From NCBI GenBank assembly GCA_965207075.1, contig CBDBLO010000002.1, forward strand, positions 416,001 through 480,000: a stretch of 64,000 bases of DNA. Reading direction: 5' to 3'. Numbering within the stretch: position 1 is the stretch's first letter; each line of letters opens with the position of its first letter. The notes beneath the pieces are model-generated. The model was not told the origin of the DNA, made no database searches, and saw nothing but the letters and a program-made list of their open reading frames with translations. A program made the position numbers and the translations under genes. Shown here one piece after another: positions 42,001 through 50,916 of this stretch. The DNA is from Nitrosopumilus sp. (GTDB lineage: Archaea; Thermoproteota; Nitrososphaeria; Nitrososphaerales; Nitrosopumilaceae).

Positions 42001-43179
42001 GTGACGACAACGACGGCGACATCGACTAAATCGGGCGCCGCGGCCCCGAGAAAGAGGAGGGTGCTCGGGCTTGGCATCGAGAGCACCGCCCATACGTTCT
42101 CGTGCGCCATAATGGAGAAGACCGGGTATGACAGGGGCCGGATACTCTCCGACGTGCGCCACGTATACAGGCCCGACGACGGGGAGGGAATACACCCGAG
42201 GGAGGCCTCGCGCCACCACGTGGAGTATGCCCCAGAGGTGCTCGCCCAGTGCCTCGAGGAGTCCAAGACGTCGGTTGCCGATATCGACCTGATATCGTAC
42301 GCGGCGGGGCCCGGGCTGGGCCCCTGCCTGCGCGTGGGTGCCGTGGTGGCACGGTCGCTTGCGTCGTTTCACGGCATTCCGATCTATCCTGTGAACCATG
42401 CCATAGGGCACATCGAGCTTGGCAAGCTGCTTACGGGCGCAAGGAATCCGTTGGTGCTGCTCGTGTCGGGGGGGCACACCATGCTGCTGGCGTTTCTGGA
42501 CAGGCAGTGGCGCGTGTTTGGCGAGACGCTTGACATTACCCTGGGGCAGCTGCTTGACCAGTTCGGGCGGGCGCTGGGGCTTGCGTCCCCCTGCGGCAGG
42601 GTTATCGAGGAGATGGCGCAACAGGACCGGCAGCCCGGCGCTTCGTCTGCAAGCCGTGGTAACGGCACCGGTGATAATTATGGCGACGGCGGCGGCAGCA
42701 GCGGCAGCGGCAAGGGTACGCGACGCACCGCCCGTCGCCGGCAACAACAACAGACGCCACCGCGATACGTGCCGCTCCCCTACACCGTAAAGGGGAACGA
42801 CGTTTCCTTCTCGGGGCTGCTGTCGGCCGCAAAGTCGGCCGCAAAATCCGACAAGTACTCGGCGTGCTTTTCGCTGCAGGAGACCGCGTTTGCGATGATC
42901 GGCGAGGCCGTCGAGCGCGCCCTCTCGTTTACGGGCAAGCGCGAACTGATGGTCGTGGGGGGCGTCGCTGCAAACAAGCGGCTGTCGGCCATGCTGTCCG
43001 ACGTCTGCAGGCGCCACTCGTGCAGGTTCTTCGTGGTGCCGCTGAAATACGCCGGCGACTGCGGCAGCCAGATCTGCTGGACCGGGCTGATGGAGTCAAA
43101 CGTAAAGCGGGGCGCCGCAATGTCCGACACATTTGTCACCCAGTCCTGGCGCCTTGACACGGTGCGGGTCGAGTACTGA
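42001..43179 (+). CDS. kae1: KEOPS t6A N6-threonylcarbamoyltransferase Kae1
   Basis: GIESTAHT, GIHPREA..HH, GPGLGP.L, VNH..GHIE, VSGG, LPYTVKG.D.SFSG. Confidence 0.95.
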   Translation: MTTTTATSTKSGAAAPRKRRVLGLGIESTAHTFSCAIMEKTGYDRGRILSDVRHVYRPDDGEGIHPREASRHHVEYAPEVLAQCLEESKTSVADIDLISYAAGPGLGPCLRVGAVVARSLASFHGIPIYPVNHAIGHIELGKLLTGARNPLVLLVSGGHTMLLAFLDRQWRVFGETLDITLGQLLDQFGRALGLASPCGRVIEEMAQQDRQPGASSASRGNGTGDNYGDGGGSSGSGKGTRRTARRRQQQQTPPRYVPLPYTVKGNDVSFSGLLSAAKSAAKSDKYSACFSLQETAFAMIGEAVERALSFTGKRELMVVGGVAANKRLSAMLSDVCRRHSCRFFVVPLKYAGDCGSQICWTGLMESNVKRGAAMSDTFVTQSWRLDTVRVEY

Positions 43180-43515
43180 CTATCCCTGCCGGCTGCCGGT
43201 GTCGTCCTCGACTGCCTCGCTTATCGCGTCCCTCCAGCTTCCGGGGCTGAACACGCCGAACTTGTAGGTGTCCTCGCCCTCCGCGGTCCTCGCCGTAAAG
43301 CAGACCTTCTTCATGAGCAGCCCTTCCTTCCACGTCTTGGTGACGCTCCTGAGTGGGACGTCAAGCACGGTGTCCCCCACGTTCTTGCTAAAGTCCATTA
43401 TGCGGGCCCTGGTCTTGTCAAACGCGATGCGCCTGTTTGTCAGGGTCAGTATGCCCGGCCCCAGCCCGTCCTCGCTGCAGTCCTCCTGCCTTATCCTCTT
43501 CTCCCCGTCCTCCAT
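43180..43515 (-). CDS. Small PH/GRAM-like domain protein
   Basis: G.LTLTNRRI.F pattern. Confidence 0.65.
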   Translation of the reverse strand: MEDGEKRIRQEDCSEDGLGPGILTLTNRRIAFDKTRARIMDFSKNVGDTVLDVPLRSVTKTWKEGLLMKKVCFTARTAEGEDTYKFGVFSPGSWRDAISEAVEDDTGSRQG

Positions 43516-43565
43516 GTTCCGACTTTGGATCATTATGGTTATAATGATAGCTGACGCAACACGCC

Positions 43566-44204
43566 GTGACTGTTGCGATGAAGCTGGTAAAGAAAGGGGC
43601 CGAGGCCGACATATATCGCGGCTCGTGGAACGGAAGGGCCGCAATACTCAAGGTCAGAAAGCCAAAGGGCTACCGCGTCCCGCAGCTGGACGCGCGCATA
43701 AGGCGCCAGCGCACCTCGCGCGAGTCGCAGATGCTGTCACACGCGCGCTCCCTCGGCGTGACCACCCCGCTCGTATACCTGGTGGACACCGCGAATTATG
43801 CCATTATAATGCAGGACGTCCCGGGCTCCGTGGTGCAGGGCCTGCCGGACGACGACATAGTGGGGCTGTCGGCCCGCATGGGCCGCATGGTCGGAACCCT
43901 GCACAGGAGCGGCATAATGCACGGGGATCTGACCACGTCGAACTTTGTGTACGACGGCGGGCGCGACGCGCTGTACATGATAGACTTTGGGCTCTCGCAG
44001 AGCACCTCCAAGCCGGAGGATCACGCCGTCGACATGCGGCTCATAAAGGAGATCCTCAACAGCGCGCACGCGCGGATAATGGCCGAGTCCTGGAAGAGGC
44101 TCTTGCAGGGGTATGCGCGGGCAGTCGGATACGAGAGGCGCGCAAAGATAGTGCGGCTCGTCTCGGTTATAGAGGGGCGCGGACGGTATGCGACGGTCGT
44201 CTGA
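43566..44204 (+). CDS. bud32: KEOPS kinase Bud32
   Basis: KGAEA, K.R.PK.YR, HGDLTTSN, IDFGL, RGRY. Confidence 0.95.
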   Translation: MTVAMKLVKKGAEADIYRGSWNGRAAILKVRKPKGYRVPQLDARIRRQRTSRESQMLSHARSLGVTTPLVYLVDTANYAIIMQDVPGSVVQGLPDDDIVGLSARMGRMVGTLHRSGIMHGDLTTSNFVYDGGRDALYMIDFGLSQSTSKPEDHAVDMRLIKEILNSAHARIMAESWKRLLQGYARAVGYERRAKIVRLVSVIEGRGRYATVV

Positions 44205-44754
44205 CGATGTAGTGCGGTTTGTGTCATCAAACCGCCACAAGTACGAGGAGGCGCTGCCGGTGCTGAGGGGCCTCGGCGTGCGGGTCGAGTACGAGTGCGC
44301 CCGCCTGCGGGAGGTCCAGTCCGACGAGCTCGCCGTGATAGCGCGGGCAAAGGCGCGGGACGCGTACAGCAGGCTTGGCAGGCCCGTGATCGTGGAGGAT
44401 GACGGGCTGTTCATCGAGGCACTGGGTGGCTTCCCCGGGGCGTACTCGTCACATGCACTGCGCACGATCGGGATCGCGGGCGTCCTGAGGCTGCTTGAGG
44501 GCAGCGGCGACAGGCGCGCCACGTTCTCTGCCGCCATAGCGTACGACGACGGCCCGGAGCGCCGCACGTTTGAGGCCTCGGTGCGCGGGGTGATCTCCGA
44601 GGTATCGCGGGGTGAAAAGAGCTGGGGGTACGACCCCGTGTTCGTGCCGGACGGCCAGGACAAGACGTTTGCGGAGATGGGACCTGACCAAAAGATCGGG
44701 GCCTCGCACCGGACCGGTGCGCTAAAGGCGTTTGCAGAATGGTACGCGGGTTAG
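44188..44754 (+). CDS. rdgB: Non-canonical purine NTP pyrophosphatase (HAM1/RdgB)
   Basis: SSN.HK..E, VEDDGL, GFPG.YS, GYDP.F, SHR. Confidence 0.93.
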   Translation: MRRSSDDVVRFVSSNRHKYEEALPVLRGLGVRVEYECARLREVQSDELAVIARAKARDAYSRLGRPVIVEDDGLFIEALGGFPGAYSSHALRTIGIAGVLRLLEGSGDRRATFSAAIAYDDGPERRTFEASVRGVISEVSRGEKSWGYDPVFVPDGQDKTFAEMGPDQKIGASHRTGALKAFAEWYAG

Positions 44755-44810
44755 CCGCCTGGCCGGCGGCCCCAGGCCCGCCAAGTCCCCGAGCCGAGCC
44801 AAGCGCAAAT

Positions 44811-44993
44811 ATGCCAACCCGAGAAGCACCCCCTGTGGACAGACGTTCAAAAAATTCTCTCGTCGGCTGGCTTCTCATCCTTGCGTTCATACCCGCCCAG
44901 ATGCTCATCCCCTTCCCCTATGCCCCCGTGGTCGGTGTAGGGTGCGTAGCGGGCGGTGTGGTATTCCTTCTTAGACGCCGCAGATTGACCTAA
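44811..44993 (+). CDS. Small two-TM membrane protein
   Basis: Two hydrophobic segments and a basic C-terminal tail. Confidence 0.5.
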   Translation: MPTREAPPVDRRSKNSLVGWLLILAFIPAQMLIPFPYAPVVGVGCVAGGVVFLLRRRRLT

Positions 44994-45287
44994 CGCCCAA
45001 TGTCTACAGATAGACTCGGGTTCGCAAATATACACATTCGGGGAGAACATCCGGGGACATGTGTATTTTTACCAAGGCTGCCACTGTTTTTGGCATGTTG
45101 ATTGCAATCGATCATGTGACTTGTGGTTACTACACATGTATTCACATCCGGCCCCAAAGTATCAGTTGAAAAACATGATGATGATGATGGTGATGGCCCG
45201 GTACAACTCGCACACACTGTGAATAGGGCAGGATGCCAAATCCTTGAGCTGTATCCTGCCAAGCTCCGCCGGCACGTCCGCGCCCGC

Positions 45288-46322
45288 TTACTGCGCGTAC
45301 GCCTCGATGTACCTGTCGATCTTCCGCCTGCCGTTCTGCAGCACGACAATCCTTGATATCTCGCTCTCGTCCATCACAAAGAACGAGTCGCTGCGGCGCG
45401 CCACACCCTCTGCGAACTTCCTTACCTCGCCCATCTCCAGCATGTCGTCGCGCTCGAGCCTGTTTCTGGAGCGCCCGATGTGCATGTAGGACTTTATCTC
45501 CACAAAGTGCGGGCTTGACTCGTCAAGCATTCTTGCAAAGGCCGGCACCATGTCGTTGCCGTCGTTGTATCCCCTGATCAGCGTTATGCGCAGGACGGTC
45601 CTGGTCGGCAGCTCCCTCAGCATGGACAGGGTCTCGTTCCACCGCTCCCAAGAGTCCTCGTACCTGGGCCTGTTTATCTCCATGAACGAGTCGCGGTCGG
45701 CCGCGTTCGTGGACAGGTACAGCTGCGTGGGAAGCGTATCGGGCTCCTCCTTCATGCGCCTTATCATCTGCGGCTCCTGCCCGTTGGTCACCAGGAATAC
45801 TGACTTTGTGGCCCCGAGCGTGTACAGGTACCGTATCAGCTCCGGCAGCTTTGGGTACATCGTGGGCTCCCCGGACAGCGATATCGCGTAGTGGGCCGGG
45901 AGGAGCGATTCGTCGAGCCTCTTTTTGTCGTTTCGGGGATCGCCATAGTATCCGTTTATCAGCCGCTTCCTCTCCGCCATCAGGCTTGACAGTATGTCCT
46001 CTGGCTCTGCCACCTGCCCGGGCTCCATGTTAAGCGACTCGTAAAACTCCATGGGGCGCCAGCAGTATATGCAGCGGTTCTCGCAGTGCATGCCGGCCGG
46101 CGAGAACTCCATGCACCTGTGCGTGCTGATGCCGTAGAACTTGTGCTTGTAGCAGCTTCCCTCGCCCCTGAACGCCTTTTTCGTCCAGTGACATAGCTCG
46201 ACTGTCGAGTGGTCCGAGACGCCGTACTTTGCCTTCTTGAGCTGCTCTGCAACGGCGGGCCTTATCTGGATCAGGTCCGCCCCTTCCTCCTCCCTCTCTA
46301 CTATCTCTCCTGAACAGCTCAT
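45288..46322 (-). CDS. taw1: 4-demethylwyosine synthase (radical SAM)
   Basis: HS.V.LCHWTK, CYK.KFYGI..HRC, CENRCIYCWR, AISLSGEP. Confidence 0.95.
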   Translation of the reverse strand: MSCSGEIVEREEEGADLIQIRPAVAEQLKKAKYGVSDHSTVELCHWTKKAFRGEGSCYKHKFYGISTHRCMEFSPAGMHCENRCIYCWRPMEFYESLNMEPGQVAEPEDILSSLMAERKRLINGYYGDPRNDKKRLDESLLPAHYAISLSGEPTMYPKLPELIRYLYTLGATKSVFLVTNGQEPQMIRRMKEEPDTLPTQLYLSTNAADRDSFMEINRPRYEDSWERWNETLSMLRELPTRTVLRITLIRGYNDGNDMVPAFARMLDESSPHFVEIKSYMHIGRSRNRLERDDMLEMGEVRKFAEGVARRSDSFFVMDESEISRIVVLQNGRRKIDRYIEAYAQ

Positions 46323-46555
46323 GCTGTGGCGTATGTCCGCTTTCTTATAATTATCGCGTGGCGCGCGTCGCTAGCGTACATTCTGGCACAGACGGGCGCC
46401 CCCCCCAGCTGCTGCCGCAAGCACTTCCCCCGGCCTTGGATTGTGGCCGCACCCACTTCACCCGTCACGCCCCTGTCCCCGATGTTCGTGGCCGTCCTGG
46501 CGCGCACGAAACGCGCCGCTGTATTTTAAAAACAAGAGGTATCGTTCCGGCCTGC

Positions 46556-47688
46556 TGTGGTATCCAAAAAGTAGTTCCCCCCTCCCTATCTGGCATCGTA
46601 CTCCTCACCCGTCTGCTCATCTATGATCCTTTCCCCCTTGGGAGCCATCTTTCTCTCAAACGCCTCTGCAGGAGTCTCGTCGTCATTCAGTGACATGTGC
46701 GTCCGGCGGTAGTTGTACCACTGCATGAACAGGTCCATCGGATCGCTCTTCCTCATCATTATGGCCTCAAACTCGTGCAGCTTGCGCTGTATTTCTCCGT
46801 GCAGGCGCTCTATCTTGCCGTTGGTCTGCGGGTGCCCCACGCCCGCGAGTATCTGGCGTATGCCGAGCTCGACCAGTCTCTTCTCGAACCCGCTCTCGCC
46901 GCGCGCCTTGGCCTCTTTCTCGTTTGCGTAGAACTGCACACCGTGATCCGTCATGATCGACGCCGGCCTGCCGTGGTTCTTGATGGCCTCGTCAAGCACT
47001 CTGAGGGCGTTCTCGGTGGTGGCGTTGTCGAAGATTCCATATCCCGTCACGAACCTGGACGCGTCGTCCTCGTAGCACAGGAACCAGCGGCCGTCGTGCA
47101 TTCCGCCGTGGATCTGCTTCCAGTCCGTGTGCCACAGCGAGTTTGAGTGCGTGCGCTCGTATCTGACCCATCTGCGCCTCTTTCTCTTCTTGCCCGGCTC
47201 CTCCCGGGCAAGGTTCTCCTCCACCATTACCCTGTGTATGACGCCCAGTGGGATATTAAGACCGCACTGTTTCCGGATCTTTTCTCGCAGCAGGGATGCG
47301 CTCACGTGCTCGCCGCCGCGCGCGTTCAGTACCGCCGCGTGCTCCCTGCGGCCGTACATGCTGGCAACGCGCCTGCCCATCCGGGGCGGATGAACCACGT
47401 CCTTCACCCGCTTGTGCTTGTACCTGGACCAGAGTTTCTTCACCCATCGCGCGGAGACCTTCATGGATTCGGCTATCTGAGCGTTGGTGAGTTCACCCTT
47501 GTGCTTCTCTTGCAGTATCCATCGTACCTGCTTTGTGTCGAGCCTCACTCTGTCTGGGTTCTCACGGCTTACGTATTTACGCCGCCGCCTGCTCCAGACC
47601 CACACACCCACATTTCCACTGCGCATGTTGACACACAGCCTGCCTAGGCTCCGGGACAGGGGGTGAACGACTTTTTGTATAACAGACA
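46556..47688 (-). mobile_element. IS481-family element
   Basis: TGT...ACA ends with imperfect TIR (TAT.CAAAAAGT.GTTC.CCCC); TCGTTCCGGCCTGC repeated on both flanks. Confidence 0.88.
46586..47626 (-). CDS. IS481 transposase
   Basis: WHTDW, DDASR, TDHG.QF, HPQTNGKIERLH, YN..R.H.SL. Confidence 0.92.
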   Translation of the reverse strand: MRSGNVGVWVWSRRRRKYVSRENPDRVRLDTKQVRWILQEKHKGELTNAQIAESMKVSARWVKKLWSRYKHKRVKDVVHPPRMGRRVASMYGRREHAAVLNARGGEHVSASLLREKIRKQCGLNIPLGVIHRVMVEENLAREEPGKKRKRRRWVRYERTHSNSLWHTDWKQIHGGMHDGRWFLCYEDDASRFVTGYGIFDNATTENALRVLDEAIKNHGRPASIMTDHGVQFYANEKEAKARGESGFEKRLVELGIRQILAGVGHPQTNGKIERLHGEIQRKLHEFEAIMMRKSDPMDLFMQWYNYRRTHMSLNDDETPAEAFERKMAPKGERIIDEQTGEEYDAR

Positions 47689-48435
47689 TCGTTCCGGCCT
47701 GCGCTAACCTTTGCCGTGTTCTTGCGACTGCCCATTTTTTTCGCGCGCCCCCTGTCCAACTTGGCGCGACAGTAGGCCGTGCCGGCTCGTACCCGCGCGT
47801 TTGGGCCCCTTGACCGCTGTCTTGCTTTCTCCATATGTGCGAGCTACGCCCGCGCCCGTCACTTACGCAGCGGGCTTGCTTCCTAATACAAGCGGCCCGG
47901 GATTTTTCCAAAGCACCGCATGCACGTGAATCATCCTCGCGCCCTTCGTGGCGTCTGCCGGACTTGCCGCATGCGTGCGCCCTGGGCCTCTCCTGCTAGC
48001 TTGCCCGCCTCCTTCTCTCCCTCCCCCTCCCCCCCGCATCCTCCAGCTTGCCTGCCCTAGGGGGCCCGCCGACCCAGCCGACGGCTTTGGGCACCGACTT
48101 TCCTCCCCCGATGCCAGAGCCGGGTCCTCGTATCTGGGATTCGGACGCCTCCTCACCCCAGCAGAGGCGTGCTCATGGAGCCCAGGGCCGCCACTGACAG
48201 GTCATGCGCAGGGATCAGGCGGGTGCACAAGGGGGCAAAACGGGGGATCAGCCCAAGCAATCGCATGCGGCACTGCCATCTGATGCCACATCCTGCCGTC
48301 CGGATGCCTCCGCGCGCTCCATGCGTATGGGTGGCGGCAGGAGCGATCGCAAAATCCGATCTTCTGCCCGCCGGACGCCAGTGGGCCAAACGACCTGATA
48401 TGAGAAGATTTTAGAGAAGTTTAATAAATAGATCA

Positions 48436-50901
48436 TTGAAACGTCTCTTGTATTTGAAACAAAAGATGGCGCTTCCTTTCATGTTCCTACTTGTAGCTAT
48501 TCTCACCAGCGTCCCGTTTGCCTCCCAGACCTTTGCAGATCCCGATCCAGACAGGGACGGCATAATGGAGGACGAGGATCTGTGTCCCAACCTGATGGAG
48601 GACTACGAGGGCGCCTTGGACGGCTGCCCGTCCAGCTTTGTGCCCTGGTATGACGAGGACGAGGACGGCATAGAGGATCACCTCGACCAGTGCCCCGCCC
48701 TAAGGGAGCAACACAACGGCTTTGAGGACGAGGACGGCTGCCCCGACACGGCTCCCGGAAGCGGGACGGGCGGACTGCCCGACTCGGACTCGGACTCTTT
48801 CTCTGATCTGGTCGACCTGTGCCCCAGCCAGCCGGAGACGTTCAACGGCTATCTTGACCTAGACGGCTGCCCCGACTCGCCAAGCGACGGGGACAGGGAC
48901 GGCGACGGCATTGCAGACAGCCTGGATTCGTGTCCGATCGCCCCGGAGACCTACAACCGGTACCAGGATACGGACGGCTGCCCCGACACACCGGGCGATC
49001 CGTCGTTTGTCGACACCGACGGCGACGGTGTCCAGGACAAGGTTGATCAGTGCATGACGGAGCCTGAGACCATAAACGGGTACCGCGATCTGGACGGCTG
49101 CCCCGACGTCACGCCCGCCTCTGACACGACGGACACCGACGGCGACGGGATTGCGGATAGATACGACATATGCCCGACTGACCTTGAGACGTTCAACCAG
49201 TTTGCCGACTTTGACGGCTGCCCCGACTCTCCCCCTAACCTTGACAGCGCGCCAGGCGATGCCGACGGCGACAGGGTGCCCGACCACGAGGACCTGTGCC
49301 CGCTTATTCCAGAGCGGTACAACGGATTTGAGGACGACGACGGCTGCCCGGACATTCCGCCGTATACGACTGACGCCGACTCGGATCGTGACGCGATTCC
49401 CGACAGCGTGGACCAGTGCCCCCAGGCCATGGAGACCTACAACCGGTACCAGGACGACGACGGCTGCCCGGACACGGTCGGCTCTATCACGCATGTTCCG
49501 GATTCTGACATGGACGGCATATCCGACTACAAGGACCTGTGCCCCAACCAGCCGGAGACCATGAACGGCTATCTTGACCTAGACGGCTGCCCCGATAGTG
49601 TCTACGTGCCTGACCGCGACCTGGACGGCATTCCAGACTCTGCGGACGAGTGCCCCCTTGCACAAGAGACGTGGAACAGGGTGAGCGATGACGACGGCTG
49701 CCCCGACTCCAACCCGGCTACGATTATCCGCGACGCGGACGGGGACGGCATATCTGACTTTGTCGACCAGTGCCCGATAGCGGCCGAGATTGTAAACGGA
49801 TACCTTGACACGGACGGCTGCCCCGACGAGTTTGTGTCTGATATGGACAGCGACGGGGTGAGGGACGGGATGGACATGTGCCCCACCGAGCCGGAGACCT
49901 GGAACCACTACTTTGACTATGACGGCTGCCCCGACGACAGCACCTTGGAGGCCGATACCGACTTTGACGGAATACTGGACGTGGACGACCAGTGCCAGCT
50001 TGCCAGGGAGACGTACAACGGCTTTGAGGACTCCGACGGCTGCCCCGACTATCCGGGCTTTGACGCCTCGCTTGACACCGACTCAGACGGCATACCTGAC
50101 GGAGCGGACGTCTGCCCGGCGGCGCCGGAGACTTACAACTTCTTCGTAGACTCCGACGGCTGCCCGGACACGGTTCCAAGCAACAAGGGACAGCCGGACT
50201 CTGATATGGACGGAATATCCGATTATCGCGACCTGTGCCCCAACCAGCCGGAGACCATGAACGGCGTGCTTGACATGGACGGCTGCCCCGACGACTACCA
50301 GCCGCTCATGGACAGGGACACTGACGGCATACCCGACGAGTCGGACATGTGCCCGATTGCGCCGGAATCCTACAACGGCTTTGAGGACGACGATGGCTGC
50401 CCCGACACGCCGGGCACCACCAACGGTGCGATACCCGACTCCGACGGCGACGGCATCAACAACGTGAGCGATGAGTGCCCCTCGATGCCGGAGACCTTTA
50501 ACGGACTGGACGATGACGACGGCTGCCCCGACTCTAATGAGACCATGCCAGACGGCGACGGCGACGGGGTCCCGGACAACATGGACGTCTGCCCGGACCT
50601 CTCTGAGACGTGGAACCGGTACGTGGACTATGACGGCTGCCCGGACTCGATACCGTTCGCGACGCCGCAGGTGGACTCTGACGGCGACGGGTTTGCCGAC
50701 AGCGTGGACCAGTGTACGGACCTCGCGGAGACGTGGAACAAGTACAAGGACGACGACGGCTGCCCCGACTCGATACCGGAGCAGTCCAGATACAAGCATG
50801 ACAGCGACCTTGATGGAATCATAAACAGTGCGGACGTCTGCCCGAACGAGCCGGAGGACTTTGACGGCGACCTTGACACGGACGGCTGCCCTGATCCGTA
50901 G
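48436..50901 (+). CDS. Secreted thrombospondin type-3 repeat protein 1 (start may be 48466)
   Basis: Signal-like N-terminus; repeated D.D.DG..D..D.CP...E..N...D.DGCPD. Confidence 0.92.
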   Translation: MKRLLYLKQKMALPFMFLLVAILTSVPFASQTFADPDPDRDGIMEDEDLCPNLMEDYEGALDGCPSSFVPWYDEDEDGIEDHLDQCPALREQHNGFEDEDGCPDTAPGSGTGGLPDSDSDSFSDLVDLCPSQPETFNGYLDLDGCPDSPSDGDRDGDGIADSLDSCPIAPETYNRYQDTDGCPDTPGDPSFVDTDGDGVQDKVDQCMTEPETINGYRDLDGCPDVTPASDTTDTDGDGIADRYDICPTDLETFNQFADFDGCPDSPPNLDSAPGDADGDRVPDHEDLCPLIPERYNGFEDDDGCPDIPPYTTDADSDRDAIPDSVDQCPQAMETYNRYQDDDGCPDTVGSITHVPDSDMDGISDYKDLCPNQPETMNGYLDLDGCPDSVYVPDRDLDGIPDSADECPLAQETWNRVSDDDGCPDSNPATIIRDADGDGISDFVDQCPIAAEIVNGYLDTDGCPDEFVSDMDSDGVRDGMDMCPTEPETWNHYFDYDGCPDDSTLEADTDFDGILDVDDQCQLARETYNGFEDSDGCPDYPGFDASLDTDSDGIPDGADVCPAAPETYNFFVDSDGCPDTVPSNKGQPDSDMDGISDYRDLCPNQPETMNGVLDMDGCPDDYQPLMDRDTDGIPDESDMCPIAPESYNGFEDDDGCPDTPGTTNGAIPDSDGDGINNVSDECPSMPETFNGLDDDDGCPDSNETMPDGDGDGVPDNMDVCPDLSETWNRYVDYDGCPDSIPFATPQVDSDGDGFADSVDQCTDLAETWNKYKDDDGCPDSIPEQSRYKHDSDLDGIINSADVCPNEPEDFDGDLDTDGCPDP

Positions 50902-50916
50902 CCCCATGATATTGCG

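Noticed and set aside
46586-47911. 441-aa version of the IS481 transposase
   Set aside because: The N-terminal extension lies outside the element terminus at 47688
47880-48160. RNase P or SRP RNA suggested by GAGGAAAGTC on the minus strand (~48096-48105)
   Set aside because: No matching P4 partner or SRP helix-8 motif could be found
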